Shown here piece after piece: positions 19,287 through 28,574 of a stretch of 41,036 nucleotides of DNA (positions are counted from its first letter, which is position 1; each line of letters opens with the position of its first letter). Location: assembly GCA_035563395.1 (NCBI GenBank), contig DATMVH010000250.1, positions 1 through 41,036 on the forward strand, written 5' to 3'. The notes under the pieces are model-generated. The model was given only the letters and a program-made list of their open reading frames with translations, was not told where the DNA came from and did no database searches. Source of the DNA: Solirubrobacteraceae bacterium. GTDB lineage: Bacteria > Actinomycetota > Thermoleophilia > Solirubrobacterales > Solirubrobacteraceae. The position numbers were made by a program, and so were the translations under genes.

Positions 19287-20327
19287 ATGCGAGCGGTCGT
19301 GACCCGCCAGGCCGGGACCATGGAGGTCGGCGACGTCGCGGCGCCGCGAGAACCGGCGGCCGGGGAGATCCTCGTCCGGCCCGAGGCGATCGGCGTCTGC
19401 GGATCGGACTACCACTTCATGACCGGCGAGCTCGCGCTCCCGCCCGAGTTCGGCCCGCAGTTCCCGCGCGTGCAGGGGCACGAGTTCGCGGCGGTGATCG
19501 AGGCGGTCGGGCCGGACTGCCCATCCGAGCTGGAGGTCGGCGCCCGGGTGGCGGTGTGGCCGCTGTCGTCGTGCGGGCGCTGCTACGCCTGCCGCATCGG
19601 CCGGGGAAACGTGTGCCCGAACTTCCGGCTGATCGGCATCCACACCGACGGGGCGCTCCAGGAGCGCCTCGTCGTGCCCGCCGGGCAGGCGTTCCCGGTC
19701 GGCGACCAGGATCCCGTGGCGACCGCGTTCGTCGAGCCGATGTCGGTCGCGGCCTGGGCCGTCCACCGCGGCCGGCTCGCGGAGGGTGAGCACGTCGCCG
19801 TGCTCGGCGCGGGCCCGATCGGCCAGGCGGCCGTTCTCTGCGCCCGCGCCCGGGGCGCCGAGGCGATCATCACCGACTTCGTCCAGAGCCGCCTCGACCT
19901 CGCGGCGACCGCCGGCGCAGAGACGGTGAACCTCGGCGAGCGCGACGACGCCGTCGCGTACGTGCGCGAGTGGTCGGGCGGCGAGGGACCGCAGCTGGTC
20001 GTCGACTGCACCGGCAGTCCCGCCGCCATCCGCGACGCGGTCGAGATGGTGGTGTCCGCGGGCCGGGTGGTGATCGTCGGCATCTCGCACGACGAGGTGC
20101 GGCTGCCGATCTGGAACTTCACGGCGAAGGAGTTCGACATGCTCGGCTCGAGCGTCTGCGACGCGGAGCGCTTCGCCGAGGCGGTGCGGATCGTCGGCGC
20201 GAGCCAGGATCACGTTCGCCGCCTGATCACGCACGAGCGGCCGCTGGAGGAGGCGCCCGCGGCGATCGAGCACGCGATGCGCAATCCGGCCGACGTGATG
20301 AAGCTCGTGATCCGGGCAGCCGGGTGA
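19287..20327 (+). CDS. zinc-dependent alcohol/polyol dehydrogenase (MDR family)
   Basis: 346 aa. RBS GAGGAGG. Catalytic Zn motif GVCGSDYH, structural Zn cysteines CGRCYACRIGRGNVC, and NAD motif VLGAGPIG. Confidence 0.9.
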   Translation: MRAVVTRQAGTMEVGDVAAPREPAAGEILVRPEAIGVCGSDYHFMTGELALPPEFGPQFPRVQGHEFAAVIEAVGPDCPSELEVGARVAVWPLSSCGRCYACRIGRGNVCPNFRLIGIHTDGALQERLVVPAGQAFPVGDQDPVATAFVEPMSVAAWAVHRGRLAEGEHVAVLGAGPIGQAAVLCARARGAEAIITDFVQSRLDLAATAGAETVNLGERDDAVAYVREWSGGEGPQLVVDCTGSPAAIRDAVEMVVSAGRVVIVGISHDEVRLPIWNFTAKEFDMLGSSVCDAERFAEAVRIVGASQDHVRRLITHERPLEEAPAAIEHAMRNPADVMKLVIRAAG

Positions 20328-20349
20328 CCCCGGCGGGAGAGGGGCACAG

Positions 20350-21111
20350 ATGGCCGGCCTGATGAGCGGCAAGGCGGGGCTCGTGACGGGTGCGGCGGGC
20401 GGGATCGGACGCGGCATCGCCCTCGAGCTCGCCCGCGAGGACGCAGCCGCGGTCGTCGTCTCGGACCTCGAGCGCTCGCGCGCCGGGGGCGAGGAGACGG
20501 TGCGGCTGATCGAGCAGGAGGGCGGCACGGCGGAGTTCGTCGCGTGCGACGTGACGCAGGCCGCGGAGGACGAGGCGCTCGTCCGCCACGTCGTCGAGCG
20601 TCACGGGCGCCTCGACTACGCCGTCAACAACGCCGGCGTGGCGACGCACAAGCCGCTCCCCGACGTGAGCGAGGAGGAGTACGACTGGATCCTCGGCGTC
20701 AACCTCAAGGGCGCCTTCCTCGGCATGAAGTACCAGATCGACCAGATGGTCACGCAGGGCGGCGGGGCGATCGTCAACGTGGGGTCGGTGGCGAGCCTGT
20801 GCGCGGTGCGCGACATCAGCGTCTACGTCGCGAGCAAGCACGGCATCCTCGGATTGACCAAGAACGCGGCGATGGAGTTCGGCGAGCACGGCGTACGCGT
20901 GAACGCGGTCTGCCCGAACGCGATTCGCACGCCGTTGATGGACGCCTCGCCGCCCGACTTCGTCGCGGCGCTGATCGCGCCGCAGGCGATCAAGCGCGTC
21001 GGCGAGCCGGAGGAGGTGGGGTTCGCGGTCGCCTACCTGCTGTCGGACCGGGCGGCGTTCGTCACCGGCATCGGGCTTCCCATCGACGGCGGCTACCTGA
21101 CCGGGGCCTGA
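20350..21111 (+). CDS. short-chain dehydrogenase/reductase
   Basis: 253 aa. TGAAGGIG, NNAG and catalytic YVASK. Confidence 0.9.
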   Translation: MAGLMSGKAGLVTGAAGGIGRGIALELAREDAAAVVVSDLERSRAGGEETVRLIEQEGGTAEFVACDVTQAAEDEALVRHVVERHGRLDYAVNNAGVATHKPLPDVSEEEYDWILGVNLKGAFLGMKYQIDQMVTQGGGAIVNVGSVASLCAVRDISVYVASKHGILGLTKNAAMEFGEHGVRVNAVCPNAIRTPLMDASPPDFVAALIAPQAIKRVGEPEEVGFAVAYLLSDRAAFVTGIGLPIDGGYLTGA

Positions 21112-21116
21112 GACCG

Positions 21117-22397
21117 ATGCGGGTCCGCCTTGCGTACGGCGAGCGAGGGCTCGAGACCGAGCTGCCCGATGGCCGCACGACGGTCGTCGAGCCGGCGTAC
21201 CACCCGGGCGCCGACGATCAGCGCGCGGTGCTGCGCCACGCCCTGGAAGCGCCCACGGCGGGCCCGCGGCTGCGCGACATCGCGCGGCGCGGCGCCGGGG
21301 TCGCGATCTCGATGTGCGACGGCACACGCCCGCAGCCGCGCCACCTGATGATCCCCGCCGTCCTCGAGGAGCTCGACGGCCGGATCGACCTGGACGACGT
21401 CGTCGTGCTCGTCGCCACCGGCACGCACCGCGGCAACACCGACGCCGAGATCCGCGCGATGCTCGGCGACGAGGTCTTCGGCCGGGTGCACGTGGTGAAC
21501 CACGACGCGCGCGACCGCGACAGCTTGGTGTTCCTCGGCGAGCGCGGTGACGGCGTTCCGGTGTGGCTCAACCGCCGCTGGGTCGAGGCGGACGTGCGGA
21601 TCACGACCGGGTTCGTGGAGCCGCACTTCTTCGCCGGCTTCAGCGGAGGGCCGAAGCTCGTCGCGCCGGGCCTCGCGGGCCTCGACACGGTGCTCGTGCT
21701 GCACAACGCCAAGCGGATCGGCGACCCCCACGCCACGTGGGGCGTGATCGAGGGCAATCCGGTCCACGACGACATCCGCGCGGCCGCCGCAGCCGCGGCG
21801 CCGCACTTCGCGTTCGACGTGATCCTCAATCGCGAGCAGCGCATCATCGCCGCGTTCGCCGGCGAGCTGGGCCGGATGCACGCCGCGGCGTGCGCCGCGG
21901 CTCGCACGTACGCCATGCGCGCGGTGGCCGCGCCGTTCGACGTCGTCGTGACCAGCAACAGCGGCTATCCGCTCGACCAGAACCTCTACCAGGCGGTGAA
22001 GGGCATGGCCGCTGCCGCCAAGGTGGTCAAGCCCGGCGGCCTGATCGTGTGCGCGGCCGAGTGCCGCGACGGTTTCCCGGGCCACGGTTCCTACCGGGAG
22101 CTGCTCACGGCCCACCCGTCGCCGCGCGCGTTCCTGAGGGCCATCGAATCCGTCGACGTGGTGACGGCCGACCAGTGGCAGTTCCAGATCCAGGCGAACG
22201 TCCAGCACCACGCGCGCGTGGTCATGCACACCGATCATCTGACCGACGAGGAGCTGCGCTCGGCGCATCTCGAGCAGACGCACGACATCGCCGGCACGGT
22301 GACCGAGGCGCTCGACCGCGCCGGGCCGCAGTCGACGGTGTGCGTGCTGCCCGAGGGGCCGCAGACCATCGCCTACGTCGCGGACCAGCCGCGGTAG
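21117..22397 (+). CDS. LarA-like nickel-pincer-dependent 2-hydroxyacid racemase/epimerase (DUF2088)
   Basis: 426 aa starting at ATG 21117. LarA-family motifs VATGTHRG and HFFAGFSGGPK (the Lys-bearing region), plus the overall DUF2088 layout. Confidence 0.8.
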   Translation: MRVRLAYGERGLETELPDGRTTVVEPAYHPGADDQRAVLRHALEAPTAGPRLRDIARRGAGVAISMCDGTRPQPRHLMIPAVLEELDGRIDLDDVVVLVATGTHRGNTDAEIRAMLGDEVFGRVHVVNHDARDRDSLVFLGERGDGVPVWLNRRWVEADVRITTGFVEPHFFAGFSGGPKLVAPGLAGLDTVLVLHNAKRIGDPHATWGVIEGNPVHDDIRAAAAAAAPHFAFDVILNREQRIIAAFAGELGRMHAAACAAARTYAMRAVAAPFDVVVTSNSGYPLDQNLYQAVKGMAAAAKVVKPGGLIVCAAECRDGFPGHGSYRELLTAHPSPRAFLRAIESVDVVTADQWQFQIQANVQHHARVVMHTDHLTDEELRSAHLEQTHDIAGTVTEALDRAGPQSTVCVLPEGPQTIAYVADQPR

Positions 22398-22401
22398 TCG
22401 T

Positions 22402-22451
22402 CCGGAGGGGCGGGCCCGCCCGCCGCGGCCGCGCGGGCCCGCCCGCTCCGG
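22402..22451. terminator. GC-rich palindromic hairpin between convergent genes
   Basis: CCGGAGGGGCGGGC ... GCCCGCCCGCTCCGG arms around a CGCGGCCGCG palindrome. It fills the 54-nt gap between the larA-like stop (22397) and the minus-strand stop (22452). There is no T-tract, as is usual in high-GC genomes. Confidence 0.4.
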
Positions 22452-23663
22452 TCAGCGCGTCGCCGGCGCCTTGTCGGCGTCGATCAGGTCCTCGAAGAAC
22501 CAGACCTTGTCCGTGGCCAGACCGAGCAGCTCGCGCCCGCAGTTCCAGAGGATCGGCGGCGAGGACGTCAAGTGCTGGGTGCCGCCGTGCATGTCGCGGA
22601 AGAAGCGCTGGATCGTGCCGCGGCGAAGCGCGGTCGTCCCCGCCGACTTGTAGACGAAGATCGCGACGTCGTGCGCCGCCCAGGTGACGTGGTTGAGGGC
22701 GAGGCGCACGAGCGTCTCCTGGCGCTGCGTCATCGGCTCGTCGCGCTGGATGGTCTGCTCCACGTCTGCCCAGGTCTCGAGCTCGAACGCCCGCGCGGCG
22801 CGGAACCTCGCCTCGGCCTGCGCGAACTCACCCAGGAAGCTGTCGCTGTCGATGAGCCCCGCGAGCCGCCCGGTGCGGGCCTGCGCCAGGTCGCGCAGCT
22901 CGTCGAGCATCCGCCGCCCGACCCCGAGCGCCCAGCCGGCGTGACAGATGTGGGCGAAGTTGATGATCCCGAGGTTGTAGAGGCTGCCGCCGCGCAGGCC
23001 CTTCTGGAGCGTCGAGAAGTGTGTGAACTCGTCGGGGACGTAGACCTGATCGATGGTGTAGTCGATGCTGCCCGTGCCGCGCAGCCCCATCACGTCCCAG
23101 TTCTCGATCAGCGTCGCCTTCTCCACGGGCAGCACGAAGATGCGGACCTCCTGCGTGCCCTCGATCATCGCGGCGGTGTGGATCCAGCCGGCGTGCTTGA
23201 TGCCCGAGGCGAAGTTCCACGATCCGCTCACCAGGAAGCCGCCGTCGTGTGCCACCGCCGTGCCGGCGCGGGTGCCCTGACCGGCGATCACCGGGAAGCG
23301 CTCGCCGCCGAAGAGCTGCTGGACCGCCTGGTCGGGCAGATAGCCCGCGCCGGTGCCGATCGCGAGCGACGCCGCCATGACGACCCAGCCGGCCGACGCG
23401 TCCGCGTAGGCGATCGCCTCCAGCACCTCCAGTGATTTCGTCGGGGGCACCTCCGAGCCGCCGAGCTCGCGGGGGACCCACATCCCGAAGATGCCCTGCT
23501 CGTGGAGCGCGTCGTCGACCTCGTCCGCCAGCTTGCCCCGCGCTTCGCCTTCGTCGGCATGCCGGTCGATCAGCGGCTGCAGGCCGCGCGCCCGTTCCAG
23601 CAACTCGTCCGGCGAGGGCGGCGCCGCACCGCGATCGGCGGTCGTGGTGGTTCCCTCGGTCAT
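22452..23663 (-). CDS. acyl-CoA dehydrogenase-fold flavin-dependent monooxygenase (group D, HsaA/DszC-like)
   Basis: 403 aa. RBS GGAAGGAGAG. ACAD-fold layout with the C-terminal RFFRDMHGGTQH typical of the two-component oxygenase branch. Confidence 0.8.
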   Translation of the reverse strand: MTEGTTTTADRGAAPPSPDELLERARGLQPLIDRHADEGEARGKLADEVDDALHEQGIFGMWVPRELGGSEVPPTKSLEVLEAIAYADASAGWVVMAASLAIGTGAGYLPDQAVQQLFGGERFPVIAGQGTRAGTAVAHDGGFLVSGSWNFASGIKHAGWIHTAAMIEGTQEVRIFVLPVEKATLIENWDVMGLRGTGSIDYTIDQVYVPDEFTHFSTLQKGLRGGSLYNLGIINFAHICHAGWALGVGRRMLDELRDLAQARTGRLAGLIDSDSFLGEFAQAEARFRAARAFELETWADVEQTIQRDEPMTQRQETLVRLALNHVTWAAHDVAIFVYKSAGTTALRRGTIQRFFRDMHGGTQHLTSSPPILWNCGRELLGLATDKVWFFEDLIDADKAPATR

Positions 23664-23783
23664 GCGCTCTCCTTCCCGGCAAGACGACGGTGCCTTCCAC
23701 TCCGGTATGTGCGCTGGCGGCGATGCTCAAACCCGACGGCGACATCTGCGGCCGGGGCCGGGCGCCGGTCGCGGAGGAGCGGT

Positions 23784-23990
23784 CTACTCGAGGCGGAAGC
23801 CGACCTTCATCGTCACTTGGTAATGGTCGACGGCGCCGTCAGCGACGTGACCGCGGATGGACACGACCTCGAACCAGTCGAGGTGCCGCAGCGTCTCCGA
23901 CGCCTTGCCGATGGCGTTGCTCACCGCCTGCGTGATGCCGTCCGGCGATGATCCGGTGATCTCGACGGACTTGTAGACCCGGTCGGACAC
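23784..23990 (-). CDS. dodecin (flavin-binding/storage protein)
   Basis: 68 aa. GTG start 7 nt after GGGGAGGAA. Near-consensus dodecin sequence ([12 protein letters not shown] ... LRHLDWFEV ... MKVGFRLE). Confidence 0.85.
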   Translation of the reverse strand: MSDRVYKSVEITGSSPDGITQAVSNAIGKASETLRHLDWFEVVSIRGHVADGAVDHYQVTMKVGFRLE

Positions 23991-24115
23991 GAGGTTCCTC
24001 CCCTCGGAGCTCGTCGCCGGCGCCGTCCACCGGTGCGATCCGGTGGCCCGATCCGCCGGCGCTTGGTTCTGGCGCTACCGGTGTGCCCCTGGCGTGGGCG
24101 GTCAACGCGACACGC

Positions 24116-26083
24116 TCAGGCCGTCGGTGCCGTTCGTGACCGTGTGCGCCGCTGTTCCGCGCGCAGCCTGCGCGTCGCCTCGGCGTGTACGACGAGGTTC
24201 TCGGGGTCCTCGTCCGGATCTCCGGAGACGACGACGCCGTAGTCGCGCGCGGCGCCCTCGATCGTCACGTACCCGTCCCGCACGTCGAGCTTGACGCGCT
24301 CGGGCTCCCGTTCGAGGGGATCGCCCCACCCGCCGCCCCCGTTGGTGAGGAAGCGCAGGACCGCCATGGGGCGCGTCTCCCAGAAGGGCCGCTCCAGGAC
24401 ATAGACGTACGCGCCGTCGCGGGACGGGACGTTCGTGTCGGGATCGAGCACGCCCCCGACCGGCGCCGCGCGGCGATACGCCTCCGGGGTCAGCGGCGTC
24501 CGGCCCGGGAACCCGTCCGGCTCCGCGTCCCAGATCCAGATGCCGCCGCCCGCCCCGTCGCCGCCGCCTTGCACGCCGAATCCCGGCGCGTGCTTGTAGC
24601 GGAACGACATGAAGAAGTGGCGGGCGGGCTGGAGCCAGACCGAGTCGCGGACGACCCCGCAACCGCCCCGGTGCGTCCCGGGGCCGCCGGTGTCGGGCTC
24701 GATCTCGTGGCGCATGACGACGACCGGCGCCCCGGACTCGATCGCCTCGATCGCCATGCCGATGCCGTTGGCCTGATAGGACAGCATCTGGCTGTCGGCG
24801 TCCCCGTGCCGGTTGGCGCCGTACGGGCCGACCTCGCCGCCACACTGCGCGGCCGACACCCAGGGCGTTCCGTCGGGAAGCAGGCCGGTCGCGTTGTGGA
24901 GGTCCGCGCTACCGCGGTCCCCGCCCATCGCGCCGGGACCGACGGCCTGGGCGAGCGCCCGCAGGACCGCCGACAGGACGACCTGGTTGAGCTCCCAGTA
25001 GACGAAGACGCCGCCCTCCGGCGGGAGGGCGCTCACCACCGTCTGCTCGGGCAGGATCAGGTCGATCGGCCGCGCGGTCCCCGAGGTGAACGGCGTGCGG
25101 GGGTCCAGCAGGTACTTGAACGCGACGCCGACCGACGTCTTCGCGTCGAGCGCGGTGGCGTTGACACAGGTGCGCGCCTGCCGCGACGTGCCGCTGAAGT
25201 CGACCTCCGCGCGGCGCCCCACCTTGGTGACCCGGACGCGCACGCGGTATTCCTCCGAGTCGTCGACGCCGTCGCAGTCGAGGACGTCCTCGCCCTCCCA
25301 GGCGCCGTCGGGGATGCGGTCGAGCGCCCGCTCCATGTGCTCGGCCGACCGGTCGCAGGCGTATTCCATGGCCCCGTGGACGGCGCCGGCCCCATAGCGC
25401 TCGAGCGTCTCGCAGAGGAGGCGCTCGCCGAGGTCCAGGTTCACGCAGATCGTCTGCATGTCGGGGTACAGCAGCTCGCCGAAGCGCACGTTGGCGTAGA
25501 TCAGCGTCCACGTCTCGCGGACGGGACGGCCCGCCTTCAGGAGCGGTCGCGGGGACAGCACGAGCCCGTTCTCGAAGACGCTCGACTTGGCGGCGCTGAA
25601 CCCCCCCGGCACGGTCCCGCCCATGTCGAGCTGGTGAGCCTTGAGATTGACGAAGCCGGCGAGCCGGCCCTCGTGGAACACCGGTCGCACGAACAGCACG
25701 TCGTTGACGTGCGTTCCCATCCGGTAGGGATCGTTGGCGATGATGACGTCGCCGGGCTCGACGTTCTCGACGCCGTACTCCTCGACCGTGTTGCGCACCG
25801 AGTCGGTCATCGTCCCGGTGAAGAGCAGGATCGTCGCGCTCATCGCGGGCGTGGCGTAGTCCAGCTCCGGGGGTCCGCTCACGGTGGCCGCGAAGTCGTA
25901 GAAGTCGCGCAGGATCGGCGAGAACGCCGCGGTGAGGAGCCGACCGCACATGTGCTCGACGATGTAGCCGTAGCGGTTGGCGAGCACGGTGGCGCTGAAG
26001 CGGTCGCAGCCGTAGCGCCGGGCGAACTGCTCGTCGGAGAGGTCGCGGATGAGCGGCGCGGGAACCGGCGAGGTCAGGGCCAC
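24116..26083 (-). CDS. hydantoinase B/oxoprolinase family subunit (HyuB-like)
   Basis: The real N-terminus is inferred at GTG 26083 (VALTSPVPAPLIRDLSDEQFARRY...), 10 nt inside the hyuA 3' end. The rest of the 987-aa ORF upstream is an out-of-context extension. HyuB-like sequence continues throughout. Confidence 0.85.
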   Translation of the reverse strand: MALTSPVPAPLIRDLSDEQFARRYGCDRFSATVLANRYGYIVEHMCGRLLTAAFSPILRDFYDFAATVSGPPELDYATPAMSATILLFTGTMTDSVRNTVEEYGVENVEPGDVIIANDPYRMGTHVNDVLFVRPVFHEGRLAGFVNLKAHQLDMGGTVPGGFSAAKSSVFENGLVLSPRPLLKAGRPVRETWTLIYANVRFGELLYPDMQTICVNLDLGERLLCETLERYGAGAVHGAMEYACDRSAEHMERALDRIPDGAWEGEDVLDCDGVDDSEEYRVRVRVTKVGRRAEVDFSGTSRQARTCVNATALDAKTSVGVAFKYLLDPRTPFTSGTARPIDLILPEQTVVSALPPEGGVFVYWELNQVVLSAVLRALAQAVGPGAMGGDRGSADLHNATGLLPDGTPWVSAAQCGGEVGPYGANRHGDADSQMLSYQANGIGMAIEAIESGAPVVVMRHEIEPDTGGPGTHRGGCGVVRDSVWLQPARHFFMSFRYKHAPGFGVQGGGDGAGGGIWIWDAEPDGFPGRTPLTPEAYRRAAPVGGVLDPDTNVPSRDGAYVYVLERPFWETRPMAVLRFLTNGGGGWGDPLEREPERVKLDVRDGYVTIEGAARDYGVVVSGDPDEDPENLVVHAEATRRLRAEQRRTRSRTAPTA

Positions 26084-28137
26084 CGGTCGCTCCCGCCCGC
26101 CGCGCGTGTCGCGGCCTCGATCGAGATCTCGCCGACCGTGCCGACCTCCGCGACCTGTCCCGGACAGACGAACGTCGTCGACAGCGCTTCGCGGATGATC
26201 GCCGGTCCTTCGACGCGAGCGCCCACCGGCAGGCTCTCGCGCCGGTACTCCGCCGCCTGCAGCGGCTCGTCGGCGTAGTGGCGCAGGTCGAGCATGCCCT
26301 CCGGCCGCACCTGGGCCGTGCGCTCGGGCTTGCCGGCGGCGTACTGCACCTTCTCCGACCGCACGACAAGCTCGACACGGTAGGTCACGCCCTGCACCGG
26401 CACGTACGGGAAGCGGTTGCCGTAACGCCGTTCGTAGACGTCGTGGAAGCGCTCGACGAGCTCCTGAACGGTGTCCCCGGTGATCGGTCCGCTCGGAATC
26501 TCGATGAACGGCGTCTCCCAGCTGTGGCCGACCAGCCGCCCGTCGAAGCTGCGGCGGAGCGTGACGTCCTCGGCGTCCCTGCCGACGCCGGCGCGCGCGC
26601 GGAGGCGCTGCTCCATCAGCTCGTACACGGCGGCGATCTGCGGCGCGCTCTGCGGCGTGAGCAGCACGTATGCGCTCCGGCTGTCGTAATAGACGCGATC
26701 CGTGCTCAGCAGTCCGAGCGCCGAGAAGAGCCCGGGATGGGGCGGGATGACGACGCGACGCACGTGCAGCAGGTCGAGCGTCGCCGGCAGCAGCATGCCC
26801 CCCGCGGCGCCGTAGGACATCAGCGAGAAGTCGCGCGGATCGACGCCGTGGCGTATCGCGATGTTCGCGATCTCCTCGGCGATGTTGGCGACGGCGATGC
26901 GGAAGGCGAAGGCGATCCGCCGGTCGACCGGCAGCGGCGTGTCGAGGCCCTCGAACGCGCGGCGGGCGAGAGCCGGGTCCAGCCGCACCTGGCCGGCGGC
27001 GAAGCCCTCGGGCGCCAGGATGCCCATGAGCAGGCAGGCATCGGTCACCGCGGGGAGCGTCCCGCCGCGGCCATAGCACGCCGGGCCCGGCTCCGAGCCC
27101 ACGCTGCCGGGACCCACCGTGACGTCACCGGAGGGTGAGATGCCGACGATGCTGCCGCCGCCCGCGCCGACGCTGACCACCTCCGTCGACAGCGCGTTGA
27201 TCACGAGGTCGTGCTCCAGCTCGAAGGTGTTGTTGAGGAAGGGCCGGCCGTCGACCACCAGCGAGACGTCGGTCGACGTGCCCCCGACGTCGGCGCAGAT
27301 CAGGTTGCGGTCGCCGATCGCCTCGCCGAGCCGGGTGCTCGCGATGGTCCCGGCCGCGGGTCCGGCGAAGACGATCCGGGACGGCTTCCGCAGGGCCTCC
27401 CGCCAGGGCAGCAGCGTGGCGGCGCAGTCCGCGAAGTTCAGCTCGCCCCTGAAGCCGAGCGCACGCAGCTCGTCGTCGATCCGGTGCGAGTACGCGTCGA
27501 AGATGAGCTTCATCACCACGTCGATGACCGTCGTGGACGCGCGGGCGTACTCCTTCGCCAGCGGCGAGGTCTCCGACGAGATCGAGACCGGGACGTCGCC
27601 CAGCACCTCATGGACGAGCTCCCGCAACCGCTCCTCGTGGGCGTGGTTGACGTACGCGTTGAGCAGGCAGATCGCCACGCCCTCGACGTTGCACCGCCCG
27701 AAGACGGCGAGCTGGCGGCGCGCCTCGGTCTCGTCGAGGGCCATCAGGACGCTGCCGTCGGCGGCGATGCGCTCCGGCACGCCGCGGCGCAGGTAGCGCG
27801 GGACGAGGGGCTTCGAGGCGTCCCCGAACGGCCGCCGCCAGCTCGGGTCCGTCTGGCGGTCCGGCGGACGCCAGACCCGCCCGCGGTCGAGCATGTCGCG
27901 GTGGCCGTCGGTCGTCAGGAACGCGACCTTGGGCAGTTGCCGGGTGATCACGGCGTTCAGGCCCATCGTGCTCGCGTGGTTGAAGACCGGCACGCCCTCG
28001 ACCCCGAGCCGGCGGGCGCCCTCCACGACGGCCTGCGCCGGATCGGTCTGGCTGCTCGGCACCTTCGTCACGGAGACGCGGCCGTCGCGGATCTCCACGA
28101 CGTCGGTGAAGGTCCCTCCGACGTCGACCCCGATCAT
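26074..28137 (-). CDS. hydantoinase A/oxoprolinase family subunit (HyuA-like, ATP-binding)
   Basis: ATG 28137 gives the canonical MIGVDVGGTFTDVV N-terminus. A second ASKHA-type phosphate motif is present (CADVGGTSTDV). Confidence 0.9.
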   Translation of the reverse strand: MIGVDVGGTFTDVVEIRDGRVSVTKVPSSQTDPAQAVVEGARRLGVEGVPVFNHASTMGLNAVITRQLPKVAFLTTDGHRDMLDRGRVWRPPDRQTDPSWRRPFGDASKPLVPRYLRRGVPERIAADGSVLMALDETEARRQLAVFGRCNVEGVAICLLNAYVNHAHEERLRELVHEVLGDVPVSISSETSPLAKEYARASTTVIDVVMKLIFDAYSHRIDDELRALGFRGELNFADCAATLLPWREALRKPSRIVFAGPAAGTIASTRLGEAIGDRNLICADVGGTSTDVSLVVDGRPFLNNTFELEHDLVINALSTEVVSVGAGGGSIVGISPSGDVTVGPGSVGSEPGPACYGRGGTLPAVTDACLLMGILAPEGFAAGQVRLDPALARRAFEGLDTPLPVDRRIAFAFRIAVANIAEEIANIAIRHGVDPRDFSLMSYGAAGGMLLPATLDLLHVRRVVIPPHPGLFSALGLLSTDRVYYDSRSAYVLLTPQSAPQIAAVYELMEQRLRARAGVGRDAEDVTLRRSFDGRLVGHSWETPFIEIPSGPITGDTVQELVERFHDVYERRYGNRFPYVPVQGVTYRVELVVRSEKVQYAAGKPERTAQVRPEGMLDLRHYADEPLQAAEYRRESLPVGARVEGPAIIREALSTTFVCPGQVAEVGTVGEISIEAATRAAGGSDRWP

Positions 28138-28141
28138 GGCG

Positions 28142-28363
28142 TCAGGGCTCGAGTCCGAGCGGGACGTAGGAGCCATAGCGCGGCGCACGGGTGCGCTCGA
28201 CGGACGCAAGGCACCGCTGGCACTTGCGGACGTCCCAGAGGCCGCCGTCGCTGAGCACGCGGTACTCCGCCAGCGCCGCGGCGCCGCACTCCGGGCACGT
28301 GCCCTGGACGGGCCGGCGCCGCGCGAAGAGGTACTGCTCTGCCGGCCGTGGGAATGTGTGCAC
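28142..28363 (-). CDS. small Cys4 zinc-ribbon protein (possible accessory subunit of the HyuA/B enzyme)
   Basis: GTG 28363 lies 6 nt after GGGGGAG. 73 aa with CPECG ... CQRC. Its stop is 4 nt before the hyuA ATG. The longer 144-aa version would begin inside the divergent gene's start codon and has poor GC3 in its first codons. Confidence 0.45.
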   Translation of the reverse strand: MHTFPRPAEQYLFARRRPVQGTCPECGAAALAEYRVLSDGGLWDVRKCQRCLASVERTRAPRYGSYVPLGLEP

Positions 28364-28574
28364 CGCGTGCTCCCCCTCGCCCCCGATGAGCCCGTGGGCC
28401 GCGCCCGCCGGCGGCCCGTCGGAACGTCCTCCGCGATCATATTCGGCCTCGGCCGGCGCGGCCGCGAACGAGCGTCGCGGCGGGCCTGACGCGAGGTACG
28501 CCGGGACCGCGCGCTCGTATACCGTGCCCCTGCGCGGCCGGCGTATGCAACGAGGACCACCGACAGGGGGCACC

